Below, in pieces: positions 1 through 8,086 of a stretch of DNA of 16,913 nt. Position 1 is the first letter of the stretch. Each line of letters opens with the position of its first letter. The position numbers and the translations under genes are program-made. The notes under the pieces were generated by a model that saw nothing but the letters and a program-made list of their open reading frames with translations, ran no database searches and was not told where the DNA came from. This DNA comes from a virus. The stretch lies in the UHGV virus genome UHGV-1580312, one strand, 5' to 3'.

Positions 1-201
1 ACGCTGGAGCTGGTGTTCACCGCCGGCAGTGCCACGGTTACTCCGAAACTGAATGGAGTGGCTGGCCCGGCATTCCAGGTCATAAAAGACAGTCTGACAC
101 TGGGGCTGAATGCGCTGACGTTAACTGATATCACTAAAAATGCCGCGTACGGCGTCGATATCGGCAGCCTGGTGCTGGAAATCAATAATCCCGCAGCATA
201 A
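1..201 (+). CDS. 3' end of an unidentified ORF running off the window start (partial)
   Basis: Frame 1 is open from base 1 to TAA at 199-201 (...GVDIGSLVLEINNPAA*). No family recognised by eye. It sits immediately upstream of gpR, where P2-like phages carry lysis or accessory genes. Confidence 0.3.
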   Translation, partial: TLELVFTAGSATVTPKLNGVAGPAFQVIKDSLTLGLNALTLTDITKNAAYGVDIGSLVLEINNPAA

Positions 202-224
202 GGAAGAGCAGGAGAGCAAAACAG

Positions 225-692
225 ATGCTTAAGACAAACAGTCTGCGAGAGTCCATGCTTCATGGGTGTCGGTGGTGCCAGGCTAATCCCGAGAAATTCA
301 CCATTTTCGTGGAGAGCGGCAACATTGAAACGACCGGAGAAGCGCCCTCGTTTGTTTACCGCTATCAGATGGTGATGTTTGTCATGGATTACGCCGGAGA
401 GCTGGACGACCTCACGCTGCCGCTGCTGGCGTGGTTATCCGAAAATCAGCCACAGTTGTTGCTCAATCCGGAGCGTAATCAGGACATCAAATTTTCTGCC
501 GTTATCAATGACGATGACAGCGCCGATCTCCTGTTTACGCTCCCCCTGCGGGAACGCGTTCGCATCACGCGCAACAGTCAGGGCACACCGCAGGCAGAAC
601 ACCTGCCGGAGCCAAAACCCCGTCTGCCCTCTTCCGAAGGCGACTGGTCGCATGTATTCCAGGATGTGACGTGGGGTGAAAGCGATGGATAA
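225..692 (+). CDS. R: Tail completion protein, P2 gpR-like
   Basis: 155-aa ORF with ATG start and AGGAGA-like SD upstream. Size, position directly before an S-like gene, and sequence character fit P2 gpR. Its stop overlaps the next gene's start. Confidence 0.75.
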   Translation: MLKTNSLRESMLHGCRWCQANPEKFTIFVESGNIETTGEAPSFVYRYQMVMFVMDYAGELDDLTLPLLAWLSENQPQLLLNPERNQDIKFSAVINDDDSADLLFTLPLRERVRITRNSQGTPQAEHLPEPKPRLPSSEGDWSHVFQDVTWGESDG

Positions 693-1320
693 GGCATTCA
701 CCAGCGTGGATGAAACCTTTGAGGCTATCCGCGACAGCCTGAATCAGCAGGCCATCAATAACATCGCCAGAAAGCTGGCACAGGATTTACGTCGCGCCCA
801 GCAGGCACGTATCCGATCACAAAAAGCGCCGGACGGGACCGAATGGACACCACGCAGACGCCGCGTAACCCGGATACAGGAGCGCATTCGCTTTATCTGG
901 AATAACGAAGCACGCACGCTGAAAAACTGGCATCACGACACGGGGAAATACGGGCGAACCATTACCGGGTGGGATGAGGATAAAAACAATATCCGCACGT
1001 TTTACCGGGATGACATCGACCGTTTTCTGGAAATACGCACCCGGCGCATCAACCAGGACAGCACAAAGCGCGTCCCCATGTTTGTAAAACTGCGCACCGC
1101 CCGCTACCTGAAAGCCCGTGCAGATGCTTCCGGTGTGACGGTGGGTTACAGCGGCGTGGCCGCACGTATTGCCCGCGTTCATCAGTTCGGTGAGCGCGAT
1201 CAGGTTGCGCCGGGCATTTTCACCGATTACCCGGTACGTGAGCTGCTGGGTATCAGCCAGGCAGATGAGCGCCTGATTTATAACACGGTGCTGGGCCGGA
1301 TTGCGGAGGCTGTACGGTGA
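676..1320 (+). CDS. S: Virion morphogenesis / tail completion protein, P2 gpS-like
   Basis: ORF in the R-S-V position. The listed start is GTG at 676; an ATG at 685 overlaps the R stop (ATGGATAA) and may be the true start. The 3' end overlaps the gpV start (GTGA). Confidence 0.7.
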   Translation: MKAMDKAFTSVDETFEAIRDSLNQQAINNIARKLAQDLRRAQQARIRSQKAPDGTEWTPRRRRVTRIQERIRFIWNNEARTLKNWHHDTGKYGRTITGWDEDKNNIRTFYRDDIDRFLEIRTRRINQDSTKRVPMFVKLRTARYLKARADASGVTVGYSGVAARIARVHQFGERDQVAPGIFTDYPVRELLGISQADERLIYNTVLGRIAEAVR

Positions 1321-1898
1321 GCGCAGAACTCATGCGACTGCTGAGCAATATCATCCGCACCGGGATCATCTCTGAAGTTGATGAGAAGTCCTGGCGCGTG
1401 CGCGTTCGCAGCGGCGAACTGGAAACAGGCTGGCTGCGCTGGAACACCACGCGCGCGGGAGCCTTCAATGTGTGGCTGCCGCCATCACCAGGCGAACAGG
1501 TGGTAATTGCCTGCATTGGCGGCAACCCGGAAACCGCCATGATAATTGGCAGCCTGTGGAGTGATGCCAGTCCGGCCCCCGGCAAAAGCCTGAAAGAAAT
1601 CGTGATCAGCGCGCCGGACGGCGCGGTGTTCCGCTACGACGCAGACGCTGGCGCACTGAGCGCCAGCGGCATGAAAACGGCCACTTTACAGGCATCCGTC
1701 AGCGTGAAACTGGACACGCCCGTCGTGGAATGCACAAACCTTCTGAGAACGGCGACGCTTGACGTCACAAAAGGAGGAAAGATGAGCGGCAATATCACGC
1801 ACAGCGGCGGCAACTTCACCTCAAACGGCATCACAGTGCATACGCATAAACACGGTGGCGTGAAAGGCGGCAGCGATTCGACAGGAGGCCCGCAGTGA
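1317..1898 (+). CDS. V: Baseplate central spike protein, P2 gpV-like
   Basis: 193 aa. The N-terminus (...NIIRTGII...) and a C-terminal Gly-rich tip carrying HTHKH (HxH metal-binding-type motif) are typical of P2 gpV spike proteins. GTG start overlaps the S stop. Confidence 0.85.
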   Translation: MSAELMRLLSNIIRTGIISEVDEKSWRVRVRSGELETGWLRWNTTRAGAFNVWLPPSPGEQVVIACIGGNPETAMIIGSLWSDASPAPGKSLKEIVISAPDGAVFRYDADAGALSASGMKTATLQASVSVKLDTPVVECTNLLRTATLDVTKGGKMSGNITHSGGNFTSNGITVHTHKHGGVKGGSDSTGGPQ

Positions 1899-2245
1899 CA
1901 ACCCGCTACACAGGAATGAATCCGGACGGGACGGGAAACCTGAACGATATGGAGCACCTGAAACAGTCAGTCAGGGATATCCTGATCACCCCGCTGGCAA
2001 GCCGGGTTATGCGACGGGAATATGGCAGCCTTGTGCCTGATTTGATTGACGAACCCATGAATAACACAACTCGTCTGCAATGCATGAGTGCTGCCGTGAT
2101 TGCGCTGACACGATGGGAACCCCGCATTGCCCTGGACGCCATCGACGTTGTCTGGAAGGCAGGAGGCCGCGCCGGGGTGACGCTGTCGGGCACTGTCATG
2201 CAGACCATGCAGAATGTTGAATTAACCATCACGCTGAGAGAGTAA
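1895..2245 (+). CDS. W: Baseplate wedge protein, P2 gpW-like (GPW/gp25 family)
   Basis: 116 aa with N-terminus MTTRYTGMN..., the correct size for gpW/gp25-like proteins. GTG start overlaps the V stop (GTGA); synteny V-W-J. Confidence 0.85.
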   Translation: MTTRYTGMNPDGTGNLNDMEHLKQSVRDILITPLASRVMRREYGSLVPDLIDEPMNNTTRLQCMSAAVIALTRWEPRIALDAIDVVWKAGGRAGVTLSGTVMQTMQNVELTITLRE

Positions 2246-2248
2246 ATC

Positions 2249-3145
2249 ATGCCTGCTGTTGACCTTTCCCAGTTACCGGAACCCGCCATCATCGCGAAGC
2301 CTGATTTTGAGGCAATTCTGGCTGACACAAAGGCCATGATGATTGCGTCCTATCCTGCCGAACAGCGTGAAGCCGTCTCCGCCGCGCTGGAGCTGGAATC
2401 GGAACCCCTGAACGTTATCGCTCAAACCATGTCTTTTCGTGAAATGCTGTTACGCCAGCGGGTTAACGAGGGCGCACGCGCCTGCATGTTAAGCCACGGT
2501 TCAGGGACAAACCTGGACAACCTCGCGGGCAATATGAACACAAAGCGCCTGGTTATCACTCCGGCAACGGATACCACCGACGCGGTGATGGAGAGCGACA
2601 CCTCGCTGAGATTGCGGGCGCAACGGGCGTATGACGGCCTGAGTGTTGCTGGCCCGTCAGGTGCATACGAGTATTTTGCACGCAGCGCCAGCGGTCTGGT
2701 GCGTGATGCGCGGGCCATCAGCCCGTCTCCGGCCTGTGTGACGGTTTCCATCCTGTCCACTGAAGGCGACGGCACAGCAACGGAGGCGTTGCTTAATACC
2801 GTTCGCGCCGTTCTGAATGCAGAGGATACCCGCCCGGTGGCCGACCGCCTGACCGTACAGAGCGCCAGAATCGTGACATGGCGGCTGAATGCAAAACTGT
2901 ACTTTTACCCCGGCCCGGAATCCGAACCTATTCTGGCCGCGGCTGAATCGTCGTTCAGGAAGTGGCTGGCTGAGCAGGGGCTTATCGGTCAGGACGTGGC
3001 GTTGTCCGCCATTGCTGCCGCACTGCATGTGCACGGTGTGCAACGCGTGGAGATAATCGAACCCACACAGAATATGGCCATCAGCGACATACAGGCGGCG
3101 CGCTGTGAGTCATTCACCATCAGCGAAGGTGGACGCAATGAGTAA
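2249..3145 (+). CDS. J: Baseplate assembly protein, P2 gpJ-like
   Basis: 298 aa, ATG start preceded by GAGAGAG, in the W-J-I position. Its stop overlaps the gpI start. Confidence 0.85.
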   Translation: MPAVDLSQLPEPAIIAKPDFEAILADTKAMMIASYPAEQREAVSAALELESEPLNVIAQTMSFREMLLRQRVNEGARACMLSHGSGTNLDNLAGNMNTKRLVITPATDTTDAVMESDTSLRLRAQRAYDGLSVAGPSGAYEYFARSASGLVRDARAISPSPACVTVSILSTEGDGTATEALLNTVRAVLNAEDTRPVADRLTVQSARIVTWRLNAKLYFYPGPESEPILAAAESSFRKWLAEQGLIGQDVALSAIAAALHVHGVQRVEIIEPTQNMAISDIQAARCESFTISEGGRNE

Positions 3146-3746
3146 TTCGTTGTTACCACCATCAGCCAGCAATTTCATGCGTTGTGCCGAAGCCGTCGGA
3201 ACACGCATTACAGACATTCCGGTAGACCTCAACACGCTGTGGTCGCCGGACACCTGCCCGGTGCATCTGCTGCCTTATCTCGCCTGGGCGTTTTCCGTTG
3301 ACCGCTGGGATCGCAACTGGCCGGAAGAGACAAAGCGACAGGTGATTCGTGATGCATGGCTGATACACCGACACAAAGGGACCATCAGCGCACTGCGAAG
3401 AGCCGTGGAGCCTCTCGGCTACCTGATTGAAGTAAAGGAGTGGTGGCAACTCAACGAGGAGCCGGGAACATTTCGCATTGTTGTCGGAGTACTTGATCAG
3501 GGCATCACCGATGAAATGCATCAGGAACTTGAGCGCCTTATTGCGGATGCAAAACCAGTAAGTCGCCATCTGACGGGGCTGGCGATCAGCCTGAGTGTGA
3601 ACGGAAAGATTTTCGTTGGTACGGGATGCTATCACGGCGATGCCCTGACGGTTTATCCCTACACCCCGGAGTCCATTATTGTCGAAGGGGACTATTTCCC
3701 TGCCCCGGCCATTCATTTAATTGATAATCTGAGAGTAAACGCATGA
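3138..3746 (+). CDS. I: Baseplate/tail protein, P2 gpI-like
   Basis: ATG at 3138 preceded by GAAGGTGGA and overlapping the J stop (ATGAGTAA). The ORF-track start at 3105 lies inside J and is less likely. The stop overlaps the H start (ATGA). Confidence 0.8.
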   Translation: MSNSLLPPSASNFMRCAEAVGTRITDIPVDLNTLWSPDTCPVHLLPYLAWAFSVDRWDRNWPEETKRQVIRDAWLIHRHKGTISALRRAVEPLGYLIEVKEWWQLNEEPGTFRIVVGVLDQGITDEMHQELERLIADAKPVSRHLTGLAISLSVNGKIFVGTGCYHGDALTVYPYTPESIIVEGDYFPAPAIHLIDNLRVNA

Positions 3747-5308
3747 CAGTGAAATACTACGCTATTCTGACTAATCAGGGCGCGGCACGACTGGCTAACG
3801 CGACGATGCTCGGCAGTAAACTGAATCTGACGCAAATGGCCGTTGGTGATGCAAATGGTGTGTTACCAACACCAGACCCTGCACAAACAAAACTGATTAA
3901 CCAGAAACGCATTGCACCGCTGAATCTTCTGAGTGTTGACCCTAACAATCAGAGCCAGATTATTGCGGAGCAAATCATCCCTGAAAACGAGGGAGGATTC
4001 TGGATCCGTGAGATTGGTCTTTATGATGATGAAGGTGCACTCATTGCGGTGGCAAACTGCCCGGAAACGTACAAACCGCAGTTGCAGGAAGGCAGTGGAC
4101 GCACCCAGACTATCCGCATGATTCTGGTTGTCACGAACACCGAAGCCATCACGCTGAAAATCGACCCGTCTGTGGTTCTGGCAACCCGCAAATATGTGGA
4201 TGATAAAATATCAGAGCACGAACAATCACGACGTCACCCGGACGCCTCGCTGACCGTAAAAGGTTTTACTCAGTTAAGCAGTGCAATTAACAGTGAATCA
4301 GAAACACTGGCCGCAACACCGAAAGCGGTTAAGGCTGCATATGACCTGGCTAACGGGAAATATACCGCCCAGAACGCCACCACTACACAAAAAGGGATTG
4401 TTCAGCTCAGTAGCGCCACGAACAGCACGTCTGAAACGCTGGCAGCGACACCAAAAGCTGTTAAGGCGGTAATGGATGAAACGAACAAGAAAGCACCATT
4501 AAACAGCCCGGCACTGACCGGAACGCCAACAACACCAACAGCGCCACAGGGGGCTAATAGTACCCAGATCGCAAGCACGGCTTTCGTTATGGCCGCGATT
4601 GCCGCACTTGTAGATTCGTCACCTGATGCACTGAACACGCTGAACGAACTGGCTGCGGCGCTGGGCAATGACCCGAATTTTGCGACCACCATGACTAACG
4701 CGCTTGCGGGTAAGCAACCGAAGAATGCCACCCTGACGGCGCTGGCGAAGCTTGCTACATCAGCAGATAAACTCCCATATTTTACAGGGGCAGATCGTGC
4801 CGCGTTAACCGCGTTGACAAGTGTTGGACGTGCCATTCTTGGTAAAACCAGCACTCAGGGAGTTCTTGATTACCTTGGTTTGGGGGAAGGTTCTGCGCTG
4901 CCTGTTGGTGTGCCCGTTCCGTGGCCCTCAGCAACACCACCAACGGGCTGGCTGAAATGTAACGGCGCAGCATTTTCTTCTGAAATGTATCCCGGACTGG
5001 CAAAGGCTTACCCCACCAATAAATTACCGGATTTACGGGGTGAATTTATCCGTGGCTGGGATGATGGGCGCGGGATTGATGCGGGACGTACCCTGCTTTC
5101 AGGGCAGGATGGTACAAGTTTTTCTCATTACGGAGGTAATTTCGACATTGGGTCTGGTCATTCAATCAATAACTATGACCAAATTGTTTCTAACCAACCA
5201 AGCTTTTCCCGTTTTTCATTTGCAGGACCTTCACGAGGTGATGGGGTCAATTATGTAACCATTCGTCCTCGTAATATTGCGTTTAATTACATCGTAAGGG
5301 CAGCATGA
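3743..5308 (+). CDS. H: Tail fibre protein, P2 gpH-like; constant N-terminal/shaft region fused to variable C-terminal cassette V1 (from about 4877)
   Basis: 521 aa. N-terminal and central regions (tandem ...QLSSATNSTSETLAATPKAVKA... repeats, ...ALTALTSVGRAILGK...LDYLGL) look like P2 H / Mu S constant regions. The reading frame passes through crossover site s1 into a ~140-aa tip domain with the PDLRGEFIRGWDDGRG collar-like motif, ending ...RPRNIAFNYIVRAA*. Confidence 0.85.
   Translation: MTVKYYAILTNQGAARLANATMLGSKLNLTQMAVGDANGVLPTPDPAQTKLINQKRIAPLNLLSVDPNNQSQIIAEQIIPENEGGFWIREIGLYDDEGALIAVANCPETYKPQLQEGSGRTQTIRMILVVTNTEAITLKIDPSVVLATRKYVDDKISEHEQSRRHPDASLTVKGFTQLSSAINSESETLAATPKAVKAAYDLANGKYTAQNATTTQKGIVQLSSATNSTSETLAATPKAVKAVMDETNKKAPLNSPALTGTPTTPTAPQGANSTQIASTAFVMAAIAALVDSSPDALNTLNELAAALGNDPNFATTMTNALAGKQPKNATLTALAKLATSADKLPYFTGADRAALTALTSVGRAILGKTSTQGVLDYLGLGEGSALPVGVPVPWPSATPPTGWLKCNGAAFSSEMYPGLAKAYPTNKLPDLRGEFIRGWDDGRGIDAGRTLLSGQDGTSFSHYGGNFDIGSGHSINNYDQIVSNQPSFSRFSFAGPSRGDGVNYVTIRPRNIAFNYIVRAA
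4863..4888 (+). other. Serine-invertase crossover site s1 (hix/gix-like, 12-2-12)
   Basis: TTCTTGATTACC-TT-GGTTTGGGGGAA. The left half matches the classical hixL left half (TTCTTGAAAACC) at 10 of 12 positions. It lies exactly at the constant/variable boundary of H (codons L-G-L-G). Confidence 0.7.
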
Positions 5309-5327
5309 AAACGTTGGTTTGGGGGAA
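5302..5327 (+). other. Serine-invertase crossover site s2
   Basis: AGCATGAAAACG-TT-GGTTTGGGGGAA. The right half and central TT are identical to s1. The TGA stop of H/V1 (5306-5308) lies inside the left half-site. Confidence 0.65.
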
Positions 5328-5852
5328 GGCTCTGCACTGCCCGTTGGTGTACCTGTTCCGTGGCCCTCAGCCACTCCACCAACGGGCTGGCTGAAATGCA
5401 ACGGCGCAGCATTTTCTCCTGAAGATTACCCCAAACTGGCACAGGCTTACCCCGCGAACAAATTACCGGATCTACGGGGTGAATTTATCCGTGGCTGGGA
5501 TGATGGACGTGGCTTGGATGCTGGGCGTGCCTTGCTAAGTCTTCAGGATGACTCTTTTGAAGCGCACAGGCATGAGTCCTTTTTTTATGCGGGTATTTCA
5601 CGTAATGAGATCCCATTAAAAAATCTTCCAAGTTCAGACGAGATGCTGACTTTAAGTTCCACAACTAATGCCTTGTCCCCGGACGATATTGATGCCACCA
5701 ACTCGTTAATTGGTAATGACGATTACAACTGTCTTATCGAAGGGAATAAAAATAACAAACGAACAGCGACAGGACTGAGTACCAGTATTGTCGGCACAGC
5801 AGAAACACGCCCCCGCAACGTTGCATTCAATTACATCGTAAGAGCCGCATGA
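5316..5852 (+). other. Silent alternative tail-fibre C-terminal cassette V2 (no start codon or promoter of its own)
   Basis: The frame opens at the crossover site with GEGSALPVGVPVPWPSATPPTGWLKCNGAAF...PDLRGEFIRGWDDGRG, about 90% nucleotide identity to the V1 5' block by eye, then a divergent core, then the conserved ...RPRNVAFNYIVRAA* end. The only start available is TTG with no SD. Confidence 0.75.
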
Positions 5853-5871
5853 AAACGTTGGTTTGGGGGAA
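5846..5871 (+). other. Serine-invertase crossover site s3
   Basis: CGCATGAAAACG-TT-GGTTTGGGGGAA. The V2 stop TGA (5850-5852) is embedded in the left half-site. Confidence 0.65.
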
Positions 5872-6339
5872 GGCTCTGCACTGCCCGTTGGTGTGCCTGT
5901 TCCATGGCCCTTAGCAACACCACCAACGGGCTGGCTGAAATGTAACGGTGCAGCATTTTCTTCTGAAATGTACCCCAAACTGGCAAAAGCCTACCCCACT
6001 AATAAATTACCGGATTTACGCGGAGAATTTATCCGTGGCTGGGATGATGGGCGAGGAATTGATGCGGCACGCGCTTTATTGAGCATTCAAAACGGGATGT
6101 TGGAAAAACACCGCCATATTGTTGTAGCTAACGATGGATATGACACAAAAGATGAATGGGAGTTGGCTACGATTTTCAAAAAAACATATACACAAGGCAG
6201 GGGGCTTGATGCCACAAATACAGGAGGGAGTTTGATTCCATCACCAACGCTTCATTCACGAGGAAGTATTGGTAACACAGGTGGTAGTGAAACCCGCCCC
6301 CGCAATATTGCATTTAACTATATCGTGAGGGCGGCTTAG
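5860..6339 (+). other. Silent alternative tail-fibre C-terminal cassette V3
   Basis: Same conserved 5' block (GEGSALPVGVPVPWP...) and 3' end (...RPRNIAFNYIVRAA*) as V1/V2 with a different central core. No ATG or SD. Confidence 0.75.
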
Positions 6340-6345
6340 TTATAT

Positions 6346-6957
6346 TCAACTGGCTGCTGCCAGTGGTATTTCCGGCAAGTTGATATCTGGTACCATGTTT
6401 ATATCCATTGCGTTCAGCGCGTCTATATAATCCAGCACGGCATTAAGCCGGGTGGTTTCTGCCTGCGTCAACTTCCGCCCGGCCTGCAACTTCAACTGAA
6501 TCAGACTTATGGAAGCCATTGCCGCATCAGCCAGTGACTGGCGCTTGGTTTCTGCCGCTTCTACTGCGGCACGATGTTGTGCCTCAGTATCTGTCACCCA
6601 TTTTTCACCATCCCATTTATCGTATGGTGTTAACGGGGCGATAGTGGTTGTAGTTTTCGGGTAGTCACCCAGCGCCGTGATTTCTTCGGTGTTTCCCGTG
6701 TCAGTGCTATAGACGGTTTCACCACGATGGTCTGGCGCATACTCCCATGAACTTAAATTCTCCGAACGGCGGATAGCATAGCCCGCTTTATGTGCGCCCG
6801 GGGCATCTAAACAGGAATTTGCCGGAATACCGACACCCACAGCAAGATATTCAGTTGATTCGGAAATATATTCCCGTGTCTCACCATCATAGTTATAAAC
6901 GACGATGTTTCCTGCCTGTACGGCAATAAGGTCATCATTTAATATCGCGTTATTCAT
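6346..6957 (-). CDS. Tail fibre assembly chaperone (Tfa / P2 gpG / Mu U-like)
   Basis: 203 aa. The C-terminal half (...KWDGEKWVTDTEAQHRAAVEAAETKRQSLADAA...) has the character of Tfa-family chaperones. Its ATG overlaps the V4 stop (TAATG), so it is translationally coupled to V4 and co-oriented only with V4. Confidence 0.75.
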   Translation of the reverse strand: MNNAILNDDLIAVQAGNIVVYNYDGETREYISESTEYLAVGVGIPANSCLDAPGAHKAGYAIRRSENLSSWEYAPDHRGETVYSTDTGNTEEITALGDYPKTTTTIAPLTPYDKWDGEKWVTDTEAQHRAAVEAAETKRQSLADAAMASISLIQLKLQAGRKLTQAETTRLNAVLDYIDALNAMDINMVPDINLPEIPLAAAS

Positions 6958-7418
6958 TATGCGGTTCTCACAATATAATTGAAGGCAATATTGCGTGGGC
7001 GGTTTTCATTCCCATCTGAGGATTCCGTTCTGTATTGACTGGTAAATCTACCGTTAATTGCACCTTGCCGGACGGCGTTATCTGTCGACAACAGACTATC
7101 CCCTCTTTTGTCATTTGGCACCAGTACCGTGTTATCCCACGCATCCCATGACCGAATATTATGATAATGACTTCCTGTTAACCACCCCTGCATGCTTAAG
7201 ATGCCCCTTCCGGCATCCACCCCGCGCCCATCATCCCAGCCACGGATAAACTCACCGCGTAAATCAGGTAATTTTAACGTTGGGTAAACCTTTGCCAGAT
7301 TTGGGTACATTTCAGAAGAAAATGCTGCACCGTTACATTTCAGCCAGCCCGTTGGTGGTGTGGCTGAGGGCCATGGAACAGGCACACCAACGGGCAGTGC
7401 AGAGCCTTCCCCCAAACC
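6957..7418 (-). other. Silent alternative tail-fibre C-terminal cassette V4, inverted orientation
   Basis: The minus-strand frame gives ...NENVGLGEGSALPVGVPVPWPSATPPTGWLKCNGAAF...PDLRGEFIRGWDDGRG...RPRNIAFNYIVRTA*. The only upstream start is TTG with no SD. Confidence 0.75.
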
Positions 7419-7432
7419 AACGTTTTCGTTTT
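7407..7432 (-). other. Serine-invertase crossover site s4 (inverted relative to s1-s3)
   Basis: The minus strand reads AAAACGAAAACG-TT-GGTTTGGGGGAA, the same core as s2/s3. It lies 55 bp upstream of the invertase start on the opposite strand. Confidence 0.65.
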
Positions 7433-7486
7433 TATCCCTACCTATACCAACTATGTATTTTTCACGAAACAAAGAGGATGTTTTTT

Positions 7487-8086
7487 ATGCAAATTGGCTA
7501 TGTTCGTGTGTCAACAAATGACCAGAACACGGATTTACAACGCAATGCACTGAACTGCGCAGGATGTGAACTGATTTTTGAAGATAAAATCAGCGGAACG
7601 AAATCAGCCAGACCGGGATTGAAAAAACTGCTCAGAACGCTATCAGAAGGAGATACGCTGGTTGTCTGGAAGCTGGACAGACTGGGCAGAAGTATGAAAC
7701 ACCTGATCACGCTTATTGAGGAATTGCGGGAAAAAGGTGTTAATTTCCGTAGTCTGACGGACAGCATTGACACATCAACACCCATGGGGCGTTTCTTTTT
7801 TCACGTCATGGGGGCTTTAGCCGAAATGGAACGTGAATTAATTGTAGAGCGTACACTGGCCGGGCTGGCAGCAGCACGCGCACAAGGACGCATTGGCGGA
7901 CGTCGCCCGAAGTTGACAAAAGAACAACACGAGCAAATAGCGAGGCTGATTAAAAACGGTCATGACAGGAAACAACTGGCGATCATTTACGACATCGGCA
8001 TATCGACGATTTATCGTTATCACCCTGTAGGCGATATACAGGCTGAAGAAACAACCAGGCAGACTCAGGAAAATGAAAACCGCTAA
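7487..8086 (+). CDS. Site-specific serine DNA invertase (Hin/Gin/Cin/Pin/Min family)
   Basis: ATG at 7487 preceded by AAAGAGGA. The N-terminus MQIGYVRVSTNDQNTDLQ carries the catalytic Ser motif; ...GDTLVVWKLDRLGRSMKHL...FRSLTDSIDTS...MGALAEMERELI...GRIGGRRPKL and a C-terminal HTH are near-identical in pattern to Gin/Hin. The in-frame 5' extension to 7280 in the ORF track is antisense to cassette V4 and not credible as coding. Confidence 0.9.
   Translation: MQIGYVRVSTNDQNTDLQRNALNCAGCELIFEDKISGTKSARPGLKKLLRTLSEGDTLVVWKLDRLGRSMKHLITLIEELREKGVNFRSLTDSIDTSTPMGRFFFHVMGALAEMERELIVERTLAGLAAARAQGRIGGRRPKLTKEQHEQIARLIKNGHDRKQLAIIYDIGISTIYRYHPVGDIQAEETTRQTQENENR

Noticed and set aside
379-3716. Alternate-frame and antisense ORFs overlapping R, S, V, W, J and I (for example 379-669, 435-701, 817-1182, 1253-1585, 1906-2337, 2657-3043, 3162-3716)
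   Set aside because: They overlap a tightly packed, translationally coupled operon with coherent P2 synteny, and none has a convincing start context.
4782-5003. Minus-strand 73-aa ORF (also 5706-5978 minus and 7058-7249 plus)
   Set aside because: These are antisense to the conserved cassette 5' blocks and fibre coding sequence. They recur only because the underlying DNA is repeated, and have no SD or independent support.
4863-7432. Diversity-generating retroelement (DGR) acting on the tail-fibre C-terminus
   Set aside because: No reverse transcriptase ORF is present in the window. The repeats are whole alternative cassettes bounded by hix-like sites next to a serine invertase, not a template/variable repeat pair differing at adenines.
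7280-7486. In-frame 5' extension of the invertase ORF (ORF-track start 7280, 268 aa)
   Set aside because: The extension is the antisense of the conserved V4 cassette and crossover site. A good SD precedes the ATG at 7487, which gives a protein of canonical invertase length with the catalytic Ser near residue 10.
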